The notes under the pieces: model-generated | What the model was told of the DNA's origin: nothing | Database searches by the model: none | Seen by the model: the letters and a program-made list of their open reading frames with translations, nothing else | Part shown: in pieces, positions 29,938 through 39,240 of the stretch | How positions within the stretch are numbered: the first letter of the stretch is position 1 | Layout: each line of letters begins with the position of its first letter | Program-made: the position numbers and the translations under genes | NCBI GenBank assembly: GCA_002726235.1 | Contig: PBSN01000008.1 | Location: 164,550 to 228,549, forward strand | Direction of reading: 5' to 3' | Length of the DNA stretch: 64,000 bases | From: Nitrospiraceae bacterium | Lineage (GTDB): Bacteria > Nitrospirota > Nitrospiria > Nitrospirales > UBA2166

Positions 29938-30573
29938 TTATTCACGCGGAAGCGCGACTACCACGGAGAAATCAATTTCGACTCCTGGTGAGACGAGAAA
30001 CCCTATTCCATAGGGTTTCTCGTCAGGGTCCATGTTAAAGAAACGAGAGTAATCTTCTGAAGCATCGACGTACTCTGTGATCCATTCGTTTGTGGGTATT
30101 GCTTTGCTTTGGACGACGACTTCATGGGGTCGGAAGAATCCTTCATTGAGTTCTGTTCCTTCTGGATGAGTATTACTCCAAAGATATTTCACGATTTTTG
30201 GGATGCCGATAATGTCAGTTCCAAGTGATACATACACGGCAACAGTTTTTTCATTGTCGGTGGGCATTGCATGTAGGCGCCATTTCCATGTGAGGATTGG
30301 GTGGGTAAATGGATCCCAAACAGTTTTTTTGAAAATGCGCTGAGGGCGTTGGCCAATCTTGGCTTTGAGATATGGACCGTTTTCATCGTGATGGACCGCA
30401 TAGAGGTCTTCTATTGCCGGGTGATCATTGCGACTCTTCCAGGCGTGAGGAAACTCCGAATAGTTCGCAATAACAATGGGTCCGACTTTCGAAAGTTCAT
30501 GTTCTGCAGATACCGTTCCTTCTATCGCAAACCAGACAATCAATCCTAAAACAAAAATGCGCATAAGGGTCAT
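29938..30573 (-). CDS. Secreted protein of unknown function (possibly DUF3047-like)
   Basis: Signal peptide MTLMRIFVLGLIVWFAIEGTVSA. The LTWKWRLHAMPT segment reminds me of DUF3047, but I cannot verify this. ATGA overlap with the pdxA stop. Confidence 0.6.
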   Translation of the reverse strand: MTLMRIFVLGLIVWFAIEGTVSAEHELSKVGPIVIANYSEFPHAWKSRNDHPAIEDLYAVHHDENGPYLKAKIGQRPQRIFKKTVWDPFTHPILTWKWRLHAMPTDNEKTVAVYVSLGTDIIGIPKIVKYLWSNTHPEGTELNEGFFRPHEVVVQSKAIPTNEWITEYVDASEDYSRFFNMDPDEKPYGIGFLVSPGVEIDFSVVVALPRE

Positions 30574-31607
30574 TGTGTGTCTCCTGCTGTTTGTCGCTCC
30601 AAAATTTGTGATGCAGTATGGATGGCTTGGATCAAGCTTCCAGGGGAAGCAATTCCTTTGCCGGCGATGTCGTAGGCCGTTCCGTGATCGACCGATGTTC
30701 GCAGGATGGGTAAGCCCACGGTGATGTTGACTGCTTGTCCAAACGATAACAATTTCAAAGGAATGAGTCCTTGATCGTGATACATGGCCACTAGGACATC
30801 AAACTCACCCTTGGAGGTTCGTTGAAACAGTGTGTCGGCTGGGAAGGGTCCTGAGCAGTCCATCCCTGCGGTGTTCGCTTGCTCTACAGCAGGTGCAATA
30901 ACTTGGATTTCTTCCATGCCAAATAACCCCTCTTCTCCAGCGTGCGGATTCAATCCGGCAACACCGATTCGTGGGCGTAGAATGCCAAAAAAGTCTCGGC
31001 ATGCCAAATGTGCCAACCGAATAGCTTTCATTACGTTTGGAATCTGAATCAAGGATGGAAGATTTCGCAGGGCAGTGTGCGTGGTGACGAACATGATGCG
31101 TAGTGGGCCACCCATCAGCATCATGCCAGATTCTCCACCGGTTGAAATGACTCCAGTGAGTTTGGCCAGTAACTCGGTGTGGCCAGGGTAGTCATGCCCG
31201 GCCATGGCCATGGTTGCTTTGGTGATGGGAGCTGTAACGATAGCGTCGAGGTCTCCCTTCATCGCGAGCCTGACAGCCTCTTCAATAAAGGTGACCTGAG
31301 CATGTCCGTTTGCGATAGATGGTTTACCATGTATGACGGGTGGCAATGGGTCAGGGAGGGGATCGAGTACGTTGATGACATTGTCGCTTGTATTGTGAGG
31401 GCCGAGATGATCAAGTCTCTGAACGTGACATGGGAGTTGAAGAGTCAGGCACATCTGTTTCATGACGGGATATGATCCGAGGACGAATGTCCGCGTTTGG
31501 GATCTCACATTTTTGCCATTGTCTCCAGTTAAGGTTTTTGCAATAACCTCGGGACCGATACCGGCAGGGTCGCCCATGGTAATTCCAATGAGGGGCCGTT
31601 CAGGCAT
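30570..31607 (-). CDS. pdxA: 4-hydroxythreonine-4-phosphate dehydrogenase (PdxA family)
   Basis: PLIGITMGDPAGIGPEVIAK ... GHTELLA ... GLNPHAGEEG ... YHDQGLIPLK ... TSVDHGTAYDIAGKG. Start at MPERP (31607), overlapping the larC end by 8 nt. Confidence 0.9.
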   Translation of the reverse strand: MPERPLIGITMGDPAGIGPEVIAKTLTGDNGKNVRSQTRTFVLGSYPVMKQMCLTLQLPCHVQRLDHLGPHNTSDNVINVLDPLPDPLPPVIHGKPSIANGHAQVTFIEEAVRLAMKGDLDAIVTAPITKATMAMAGHDYPGHTELLAKLTGVISTGGESGMMLMGGPLRIMFVTTHTALRNLPSLIQIPNVMKAIRLAHLACRDFFGILRPRIGVAGLNPHAGEEGLFGMEEIQVIAPAVEQANTAGMDCSGPFPADTLFQRTSKGEFDVLVAMYHDQGLIPLKLLSFGQAVNITVGLPILRTSVDHGTAYDIAGKGIASPGSLIQAIHTASQILERQTAGDTQ

Positions 31608-32832
31608 GTTTCTTAGGTTTTCCCTTTGATGCGATTGTGCTCTCTGCGCAATCGATTGCGCGGCGCACTTCGTCCATAACATCGCGGACTGGCGTTCCAG
31701 TTTGTTGTGCTATCTGTCTACAGTCTCGATATTCAGGCGATCGTCGCTGTGTCCCATCGTTCAGCATTGCAACCTTCACGGATATTTCACCATATTTTGT
31801 TTTCACTTTTGTCTCAGTACGTGACAGGATCGTACGGGCGACGTCATGAAAGCGTATTCCTAATGTCGTTGTTTCTCGAAATATCATCTCAGTAACGGCA
31901 TTGATGTGATTGCGTGTTGTGAGAATCCCGAGGATAATTCCTGGCCGGCCCTGTTTCATAATGACTGGCGTGAGTGTGACATCCAATGCTCCGCCACTTA
32001 ATAATCGTTCAATGAATAAATCGTAGACCTGAGGATTCATATCATCAAGATTAGTTTCAATCATCACCGCATGCTCATCGGTGCTTCTGAATGGCTGTAA
32101 GTTATTCATTCTCGCATCTTCTCCGATAAAGATGCGGAGGAAGTTCGGGTGGCCATGGATTTGCCATGTTCCAGCTCCGTGCCCGATTGACTGCACTCTC
32201 ATTGCAGGCATTAATCCGAAGTCATTAGCAAGTGAAGTCAAAATCGCTGCCCCTGTTGGTGTTGTAAGTTCAGCTTGGATTTCCGAGGTATATATAGGCA
32301 CACCTTTGAGAAGGTGAGCTGTGGCTGGGACTGGTATTGGTAGGGTCCCATGGGAAGTTTTGACTAGGCCAGATCCAAGATTCAAAGGTGATGCAGTTAC
32401 TCGTTCGATGCCGAGGAGAGTGCATCCCAATAGTCCTCCTACGACGTCGACAATGGTGTCGATCACGCCGATTTCATGGAATACAACTTTTGCAGGGGTG
32501 ACTCTGTGGGCGCGGGCTTCTGCGCGAGCCATACGAGAGAATACGTCGAGGCTTTGTTTGATAACAGGTGGTGGAAGGGCTGCTTTGTTGATCATCCTGA
32601 CCATGTCCTCAAGGGTTCGTGGAGCCTTGGGATTGCCCTGTATAACCACATCAACCTTTGTGGCGGCAATTGTTGATCGTCGAACGTTCTTTGCTTTGAG
32701 CGAAAACCCTTTGATTGGGAGGGTCCGCAATCCCGTGGAGAGTTTTGAAAGTGGAAGACCGGCGTCAACAAGGGCTCCGAGAATCATGTCTCCGCTGACA
32801 CCGGAGGAACATTCAAAGTGGGCGGTTTTCAT
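31600..32832 (-). CDS. larC: Nickel-pincer cofactor biosynthesis protein LarC (nickel insertase, DUF111)
   Basis: MKTAHFECSSGVSGDMILGALVDAGLPL is the N-terminal signature of DUF111/LarC. It is a single uninterrupted 410-aa ORF. Confidence 0.85.
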   Translation of the reverse strand: MKTAHFECSSGVSGDMILGALVDAGLPLSKLSTGLRTLPIKGFSLKAKNVRRSTIAATKVDVVIQGNPKAPRTLEDMVRMINKAALPPPVIKQSLDVFSRMARAEARAHRVTPAKVVFHEIGVIDTIVDVVGGLLGCTLLGIERVTASPLNLGSGLVKTSHGTLPIPVPATAHLLKGVPIYTSEIQAELTTPTGAAILTSLANDFGLMPAMRVQSIGHGAGTWQIHGHPNFLRIFIGEDARMNNLQPFRSTDEHAVMIETNLDDMNPQVYDLFIERLLSGGALDVTLTPVIMKQGRPGIILGILTTRNHINAVTEMIFRETTTLGIRFHDVARTILSRTETKVKTKYGEISVKVAMLNDGTQRRSPEYRDCRQIAQQTGTPVRDVMDEVRRAIDCAESTIASKGKPKKHA

Positions 32833-33617
32833 CTCTTCTTTCCAAGCTGGTTAATCTTATGAGCAAGACATCCAGCTCCGAAACCGTTGTCAATGTTCAT
32901 TACGCCAATACCTGGAGAGCAGGAGTTTAGCATTGTATGGAGTGCCGCAATTCCATCTTTTCCGGTCCCGTACCCTCGGCTTGTTGGAATGGCAACGATG
33001 GGTTGACTAACGAGTCCCCCGATTACGCTTGGCAATACACCATCCATTCCGGCGACGACGACGAAGACACGAGCTTTGACAAGTTCTGGTAAGCGATCAA
33101 GGAGACGATGGATTCCCGCAACTCCAACATCATATATCGTTGTCACCGCGCTTCCAAGTACTTCTGCTGTGACTTTGGCTTCTTCAGCAATGGGAATATC
33201 AGAGGTGCCGGCGGTGACAATGATGATCCGTCCAGTTTTTCGCGTTGGGGGACGTCCAATGACCACAGTACGACTCTGTTCATCGTACCGTGTATTGGCG
33301 TTTACTGTGAGTAATGCGCGGGCAATGGTGGGGTTCGCTCGCGTCGCTAAAACCGGTCCCCCGTGCTGATGTAAGCGTGATGCAATTTCGACGATCTGTT
33401 CTATTGTTTTTCCCGGGCAAAAAATGACCTCGGGGATGTGTTGACGGATGTCGCGATGATGGTCGATTGATGCGAACCCGGTATTTTCATATGGGAGGAA
33501 CTGCAACTGTGCTAATAGGACATCAATCGTGGAATGACCACGCTGAAAATCCCGAAGCAGTCGTCGGAGTTTCTTTCGATCCATAGCGTTCCGAACAGCC
33601 TCTTTTCGAGGCATCAT
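32829..33617 (-). CDS. larB: Nickel-pincer cofactor biosynthesis protein LarB (PurE-like NaAD carboxylase/hydrolase)
   Basis: GFASIDHHRDIRQHIPEVIFCPGK ... IIVTAGTSDIPIAEEAKVTAEVLG ... VVVAGMDGVLPSVIGGLV..PIVAIPTSRGYG ... VMNIDNGFGAG. Confidence 0.85.
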   Translation of the reverse strand: MMPRKEAVRNAMDRKKLRRLLRDFQRGHSTIDVLLAQLQFLPYENTGFASIDHHRDIRQHIPEVIFCPGKTIEQIVEIASRLHQHGGPVLATRANPTIARALLTVNANTRYDEQSRTVVIGRPPTRKTGRIIIVTAGTSDIPIAEEAKVTAEVLGSAVTTIYDVGVAGIHRLLDRLPELVKARVFVVVAGMDGVLPSVIGGLVSQPIVAIPTSRGYGTGKDGIAALHTMLNSCSPGIGVMNIDNGFGAGCLAHKINQLGKKR

Positions 33618-33640
33618 GAGGGGTAACCGGGAGGGAAAGA

Positions 33641-34732
33641 TCAGGAGGTGCGATCGGCCGTGGCAAGTTCTACGTGATCTGGAATTAGGCGCTCCAACAG
33701 TGTCAGAAGAGTTTGCCGTGGGTCTTCGTCGTCATACATGATTGCGTTCATTGCCGTGACAATTGGCATATCGACGGAATGACGTTTGGCAAGTTCGGCC
33801 ACAGCCTTTGCCGTATTTACACCCTCCGCGACCGACATCCGTTCTTCCATGATCTTTTCGAGTGATCGACCGCGTGCAAGTCGCACCCCAATGTCTCTGT
33901 TACGGCTGATAGCTCCGGTTCCAGTGAGGATTAAGTCACCCAATCCCGCCAAGCCGATAAATGTCTTGGAGTCGGCGCCCATGGCTTCTCCCAGTCGAAT
34001 AATTTCAGCCATCCCGTGGGTCAGGAATGCCGCTTTGGTATTCTCGCCGAATTCAAGTCCCTCAAGCATGCCAGTGCCAAGAGCAATAATATTCTTTATG
34101 GCACCACTAAGCTGGACACCAAGAACGTCAGTGGATATTTCCGGTCGGAAATAATGTGTCATAAGTTTCTTCTGCCATTCTGTCGCCATGGCAGGGTTTT
34201 CGGACGCGAGTATGACATGAGTTGGTTGCCGCCTCCGAACGTCTTGGGCAAAGCTTGGCCCAGAGAGAACAGCGAACTGATCATGCATGGATGCAGGAAG
34301 AACATCCTTCATGATCTCGGTCATTAGCATAAGTGTGTTAACTTCAATTCCTTTGGATACGCTGAGGATTGGACGAGGCTCAATAAGGAACTCGACCATC
34401 TGAGTCAGCACCGAGCGTGCTGCATGTGATGGGACGGCAAAGACGATCGTGTTTGCATCCTCTAAGGCAATTTCCATCGAAGAGGAGGCCAACACGTTGT
34501 TCGGGAGAAGTACGCCGGGCAGATACCCTAAATTCTCACGGGAATTTCGGATTGCCATGACCAAGTCAGGTTCATAGCACCATAGGTTAACCTGGTACCC
34601 GTGTTCGGCTAGAAGCCAAGAGAGGACGGTTCCCCAAGCACCCGCTCCTATGACGGCGACGACATCAGCATCTGCACTGAGGTCTTTCGAATCGCCTGCA
34701 AGTGTACTTTCCTGAATGTCTTGTTCTTCCAT
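33641..34732 (-). CDS. gpsA: NAD(P)H-dependent glycerol-3-phosphate dehydrogenase
   Basis: VAVIGAGAWGTVLSWLLAEHG ... SGPSFAQDV ... KNIIALGTGM ... GLAGLGDLILTGT. Confidence 0.93.
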   Translation of the reverse strand: MEEQDIQESTLAGDSKDLSADADVVAVIGAGAWGTVLSWLLAEHGYQVNLWCYEPDLVMAIRNSRENLGYLPGVLLPNNVLASSSMEIALEDANTIVFAVPSHAARSVLTQMVEFLIEPRPILSVSKGIEVNTLMLMTEIMKDVLPASMHDQFAVLSGPSFAQDVRRRQPTHVILASENPAMATEWQKKLMTHYFRPEISTDVLGVQLSGAIKNIIALGTGMLEGLEFGENTKAAFLTHGMAEIIRLGEAMGADSKTFIGLAGLGDLILTGTGAISRNRDIGVRLARGRSLEKIMEERMSVAEGVNTAKAVAELAKRHSVDMPIVTAMNAIMYDDEDPRQTLLTLLERLIPDHVELATADRTS

Positions 34733-34978
34733 TGTTTTCCTAGGCTCAGGGTGGCGGATTATATGTTTGCACTATAAAGCCTGTCAAGGCGGGCTAGCGG
34801 CTTCGCGATGATGTTATATTGCTCTGTTAGGAGATGATAGCGAGACCGGTTCGTAGTCAAATGCCATTGGAAAAGGACAACTTTCTTGCGCATAGGCTTA
34901 ATCAACCGCTTGTTCGTTTCTGCTAAAATGAAATGTAATGTTATTTATGCGATAGGTATCGTTAAGTTGTTAATATAG

Positions 34979-36550
34979 ATGATTATTTATCATAGAAATA
35001 GATGGAGGTGTCACGGTTTCAACTGTGCGGTAACCCTTGTTGTTTTGGCTGTACTGCCGGTTGTAGTATTCGCCACGGAGCCACCACGCTTGTTGGATGT
35101 GGTCGTTGAGCCAGCGATCCTGACGCTTGGGACGGGTGAGCGACAGGTGACTGTTTCTGTCATGGTGGTCGATGGGGATGCCGATTTAGATCCTCAGAGC
35201 GTGAAGTTAAAGAAAGTTAAAATTGGAAAGAAAAACCCTACGATTTCGGTTTTTGCTGATGATGGGCAGAATGCTGATGCCGTTGCCGGTGATGGACGTT
35301 TTACAACACAGGTTTTCCTCGATACTAGTATGCCTCGGCAGAGGGTCTTTCGAATTAGGGCAAAGGATCAACTGGGAAACAAAGCAGTCTCCGTTTCCTT
35401 GACGGTTTCCGTTGGGCCTCCGCTTGGACTCTCTTCCCTGCCGCTCAGAGATACACTAAATCTTAGATTGGAGCGCGTATTTGCTGGATTGACATTTACA
35501 GATCCTGTTGCCTTGCTTCAGGCTTCAGGTGATGCCGATCGATGGTATCTTGTCGAGCGAACGGGTGTTATTCAAACGTTTTTTAATCATCCCGATGTAA
35601 GCGAATTCACAACGGTTCTTGATCTTCGCTCCATCGTCGAGCCCCTCAGTGAACTTGACCTTGAACTTGGAATGCTCGCGTTGGCCTTTCATCCTGATTT
35701 TTTGGAGAACGGGAAAGCCTATGTTTATTACACCGCTGAAACAGACAATGGCATTGAATCTCGTCTTTCCCGTTTTGTCAGATCTGATGAAGATATAACT
35801 TTCGACCCTGACTCTGAGGAAGTTTTGATTCGCGTAGAGCAACCGCGGACGCGTCATAATGGGGGGCAAATTGCGTTTGGGTCTGACGGCTTGCTCTATT
35901 TTGGTCTAGGTGATGGTGGGGATCGTTTCCAGAGTCAGACTATAAATAGTTTTCTTGGAAAGATGCTCAGAATAGATGTAGACGGTGGGTTTCCATATGT
36001 TATTCCACCGAATAATCCATTTCTTGGAGAAAATGGTCCTTCCGAAGTCTATGCGACCGGATTACGCAATCCATGGAGATGGAGCTTCGATACACAGACG
36101 GGAGTCTTATGGTTAGGAGATGTTGGCAATCGTCGTTGGGAGGAAATCGATATTGTTGTTCCTGGAGCTAATTACGGATGGCCTATCCTTGAAGGAGAAG
36201 AGTGCGCCGGTTTTCTTCCATGTGATACTTTCACACTCGTAAATCCACTTTTTACCTATGACCATGACGACGGCTGCTCGGTTATTGGTGGGTACGTGTA
36301 TCGTGGGATCGGAATTCCAGAGCTCGATGGCGTCTATCTGTTCTCGGACTTTTGTAGTGGGGCCATCATGGGGCTCTCAACCGACCCCGCAGGGACACTT
36401 GTGAAAAATGTATTTGTTCAAGGAGGTCATGACCCCGTGACTGGGGAATTCGGTTTGCTTGTTCGATCGCTGTCTGTTGATCAGGAAGGAGAGATCTACG
36501 TCATTGAGAATGGTGGGAGCATCTTCCGCTTGGTGCCGGCGAGTCATTAG
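34979..36550 (+). CDS. Exported PQQ-dependent (sorbosone/glucose-type) sugar dehydrogenase beta-propeller with an N-terminal Ig-like domain
   Basis: HNGGQIAFGSDGLLYFGLGDGG, GKMLRIDVDG, YATGLRNPWRWSFD, GDVGNRRWEEID and NYGWP are SGDH-family propeller motifs. An N-terminal hydrophobic signal is followed by a ~110-aa beta-rich domain. Confidence 0.8.
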   Translation: MIIYHRNRWRCHGFNCAVTLVVLAVLPVVVFATEPPRLLDVVVEPAILTLGTGERQVTVSVMVVDGDADLDPQSVKLKKVKIGKKNPTISVFADDGQNADAVAGDGRFTTQVFLDTSMPRQRVFRIRAKDQLGNKAVSVSLTVSVGPPLGLSSLPLRDTLNLRLERVFAGLTFTDPVALLQASGDADRWYLVERTGVIQTFFNHPDVSEFTTVLDLRSIVEPLSELDLELGMLALAFHPDFLENGKAYVYYTAETDNGIESRLSRFVRSDEDITFDPDSEEVLIRVEQPRTRHNGGQIAFGSDGLLYFGLGDGGDRFQSQTINSFLGKMLRIDVDGGFPYVIPPNNPFLGENGPSEVYATGLRNPWRWSFDTQTGVLWLGDVGNRRWEEIDIVVPGANYGWPILEGEECAGFLPCDTFTLVNPLFTYDHDDGCSVIGGYVYRGIGIPELDGVYLFSDFCSGAIMGLSTDPAGTLVKNVFVQGGHDPVTGEFGLLVRSLSVDQEGEIYVIENGGSIFRLVPASH

Positions 36551-36732
36551 TGCCGTAGAAATTCTTTATGGTTTTTACCACCAAAAAGTGACTACACAAA
36601 TAATTGCAGTATGAGCAAGTATCCATTTCCAGTTTGTTGGCCTACCTCTCAATTTTTTTAAATCAATGATTTACGCAACAGTAACCAATATGGTGTGGGG
36701 ATATCTTTACACGTGGTTTTACAGAAAGAGTA

Positions 36733-37446
36733 TTAGAAATTCCATTCAAACCAGATCTCATGGTTGGTACTCAACGGTTTTTCGGTTTCTGGATCTAACT
36801 GGCCACCTGGGACTAGGCCATGCCCAACATTATCCTCACAGTGACTGACAATTCGAAGCGTAAAGGGAACGACTGGGTCCGTTCCAATCGCGACCGGGCT
36901 GAGATCTTCTTGAAAGAGATGAAATGGGATTGCGCCTTTGATCAACGGATAATCTAGGCCGATTTTCAGCCGTCCATTGCCATCGGAGTCAGTAAAGAAT
37001 CCGTTGATAAGATTGTCGGATCCTGTTCCATCATCCCCAACACCCAATGCAAATATGTCACGCTCAAGATTTCCATCCGGAGTTGCCTGTGCTAGGTCGC
37101 GCATTGCTGAGACAGGAGCTAGGGGTATTGCTCCCATCTGAGCCATTCCAGAAACGGCAAGAGGAGTGGTTCCAGCAAGTCGAATCCAGATTGTCCAGAA
37201 AACATCAGGTACGGTATTTCTAACTTTAACGGTAATTTTTGTCTGTCCATCACGTTGTCTAATATTTGCCTTTGCGCTTGAATTTGACCACGCTGATGAC
37301 AGCCCACAGGCCGTTTCCTCGGCAACGACATTTTCAAACTCCGCTACAATCTTCATTTGAGCGTGGGAGATGGAGACACCTGATACGCAAAGGCTAACCG
37401 CAAGACATCCAAACACCAATCTCGTTTGTCTAAGTAATGCTGTCAT
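36733..37446 (-). CDS. Secreted hypothetical protein
   Basis: Signal peptide ...GCLAVSLCVSGVSISHA and a strong GGGGGAG SD 7 nt upstream of ATG 37446. No domain recognised. Confidence 0.55.
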   Translation of the reverse strand: MTALLRQTRLVFGCLAVSLCVSGVSISHAQMKIVAEFENVVAEETACGLSSAWSNSSAKANIRQRDGQTKITVKVRNTVPDVFWTIWIRLAGTTPLAVSGMAQMGAIPLAPVSAMRDLAQATPDGNLERDIFALGVGDDGTGSDNLINGFFTDSDGNGRLKIGLDYPLIKGAIPFHLFQEDLSPVAIGTDPVVPFTLRIVSHCEDNVGHGLVPGGQLDPETEKPLSTNHEIWFEWNF

Positions 37447-37791
37447 GATATCTCCCCCTCATCGCGGCAGCCGTAGGAATTATTAATCCCCGTCGTATGC
37501 AGCGGGGTATTCAGGAAAAGAATTAATTAAAAACTTCCTTAGCCAGTTTTCCAAAAGGCGGACTCTGATGGTGACTCCGTCAAAGAGTCCTAAAGCATAA
37601 CAATATCAACTCATTCATATGGTATGTAAAGGCGGCAGCATGGGGTCTTCGGAAGTCGTCTGTTTAGCATGTTCCTCCAGTGTAGAGGACATATCATGCC
37701 TTATTGGGAAGCAGAAATTCCACTTATTGTTGTGTTGGCTAGATTCCCCAGTCACTCCCCCTTGATCAGGGCTGTAAATAGTGAGATTCGC

Positions 37792-38133
37792 TTAGTGTCC
37801 TACCAGTAGGTTTACGAGCATTCCGCCAATGGTAAGGGAGAGGGTCCCGATTGCGAGTGCTCCAAGGTTGGTGATTTCAAAACTGTCTAGGATTTTGTCG
37901 GTCACCCAGAGGAGAAAAGCATTCAAGATAAGGTGAAATAGACCAAATGTCACCAATATAAGCGGAAAGGAGAGAAAAACTAGAATGCCCTTAAAGAGCC
38001 ATGAAAGCACTGAATACGTAAATGCGACCGCGACAGCTGCGCCGTAGTTTTTGACGTTGATTCCGGGCGTAAGTTTCGCAATGATGAAAACTAATAACGC
38101 GTTGAGAAAAAGTCCGATAAGAATTAGAAGCAT
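37792..38133 (-). CDS. Small four-TM membrane protein, phage-holin-4/DUF360-like family
   Basis: LNALLVFIIAKLTPGINV ... FPLILVTFGLFHLILNAFLLWVTDKIL matches the pattern of the widespread DUF360 family. No phage genes nearby. Confidence 0.7.
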   Translation of the reverse strand: MLLILIGLFLNALLVFIIAKLTPGINVKNYGAAVAVAFTYSVLSWLFKGILVFLSFPLILVTFGLFHLILNAFLLWVTDKILDSFEITNLGALAIGTLSLTIGGMLVNLLVGH

Positions 38134-38166
38134 GTGTTGTCGTGTAGAGGATTCTAGTGGGTGAGT

Positions 38167-39154
38167 TTAATCCCGGACCATTTCACGTTTTCCGCTTTGA
38201 GCCGATCGGTAGCATGCTTGTGCGATTGCCAATGAGGCAAGGCCATCATCGACTGTAATCTTCAGTGGCTGTTTTCCTCGAAACGCTTGAGTGGCATCTC
38301 TTAACACGTTTATGACGGTCATCGCGGGCTCTCCAACGTTGATTGGCCGTGATCCTTTCTGGTCGAGGAATTCTAACGCATTGCGCATGTGATCGCCTAG
38401 GAGCATGCCCTTTGGGCCGATAAGATCAACGCGTCCATGGCGGCCTTGAACGTATTTCGACCCTTCAAGGGTAATCTGTACTCCATTACGGGTTTCCATG
38501 ATTGCAGTGAATCTATCTTCTACCTCTCTTTCTAACACATGGCCATAGATGCACGACACGTGCCTGACTTCGTCTTTTGTGATAAATCGTGCCAGATCCA
38601 AAGATATGAACGCCCGTCTGAATGATATTCCCTCCACCTGCCGTTGCTTTCTTATGTTCCCAGTGAAGGGGCTTATGCTCAAGACGTTGTGACAGAATGA
38701 GGCCGACAAGATTCCCAATCCGAGTTTTATGTTTTGTGATTGCAGTGATGACATTTGAGTATCGCAGGGTGTGGGCGAAAAACAATTTTACGCCTTTGCG
38801 TGCTGCTTTTGAAACAGACTTCGCAATAGCTTTCCCTTCTGTGAGGGTAGGGGCAAGGGGTTTTTCCAGAATGACGTGCTTGAACGCTTCTAATGCCGCA
38901 ATTGCAATCGGTCGATGTAACGAACATGGAACACAGATAACGACCGCATCAACATCTGGGTTTTGAAGTAGTGTTTGCCATGTTGGTTCCCAATGAACTC
39001 CGAGAGCGCCTGCTTCTTTTTTGCCTTTGCGCTGGTCCACCCGGGTTACTGCAACGAGTGCCGCGTGGTTTGTGTCATTGCGGATGTGTCGGATGTACCG
39101 TTCTCCTTGACGACCCATGCCGATGACGCCATATCTGATTTGATCTCTATTCAT
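38167..39154 (-). pseudogene. Gfo/Idh/MocA-family NAD(P)-dependent oxidoreductase split by a single-base frameshift
   Basis: The N-terminal Rossmann domain is in ORF 38513..39208 (IRYGVIGMGRQGERYIRHI ... EKPLA ... GGGNIIQTGVHIF). The C-terminal domain is in the overlapping ORF 38167..38754, resuming at DLARFITKDEVRHV. Removing one G of the minus-strand GG (plus-strand CC at 38598-38599) restores ...GVHIFDLARFI... Confidence 0.75.
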
Positions 39155-39240
39155 CGGATATGCACAAAACCCATGAGAGCCTTCCGCATAATAGTGAAAG
39201 GCCCTCATGGGTTTTAATGATGGTGCGTTGGCTGTGCTGA

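Noticed and set aside
37792-38133. Holin-family gene as a sign of a prophage or lysis cassette
   Set aside because: No endolysin, spanin, capsid, integrase or att-like repeats are nearby. This DUF360-type family is widespread as a chromosomal membrane protein.
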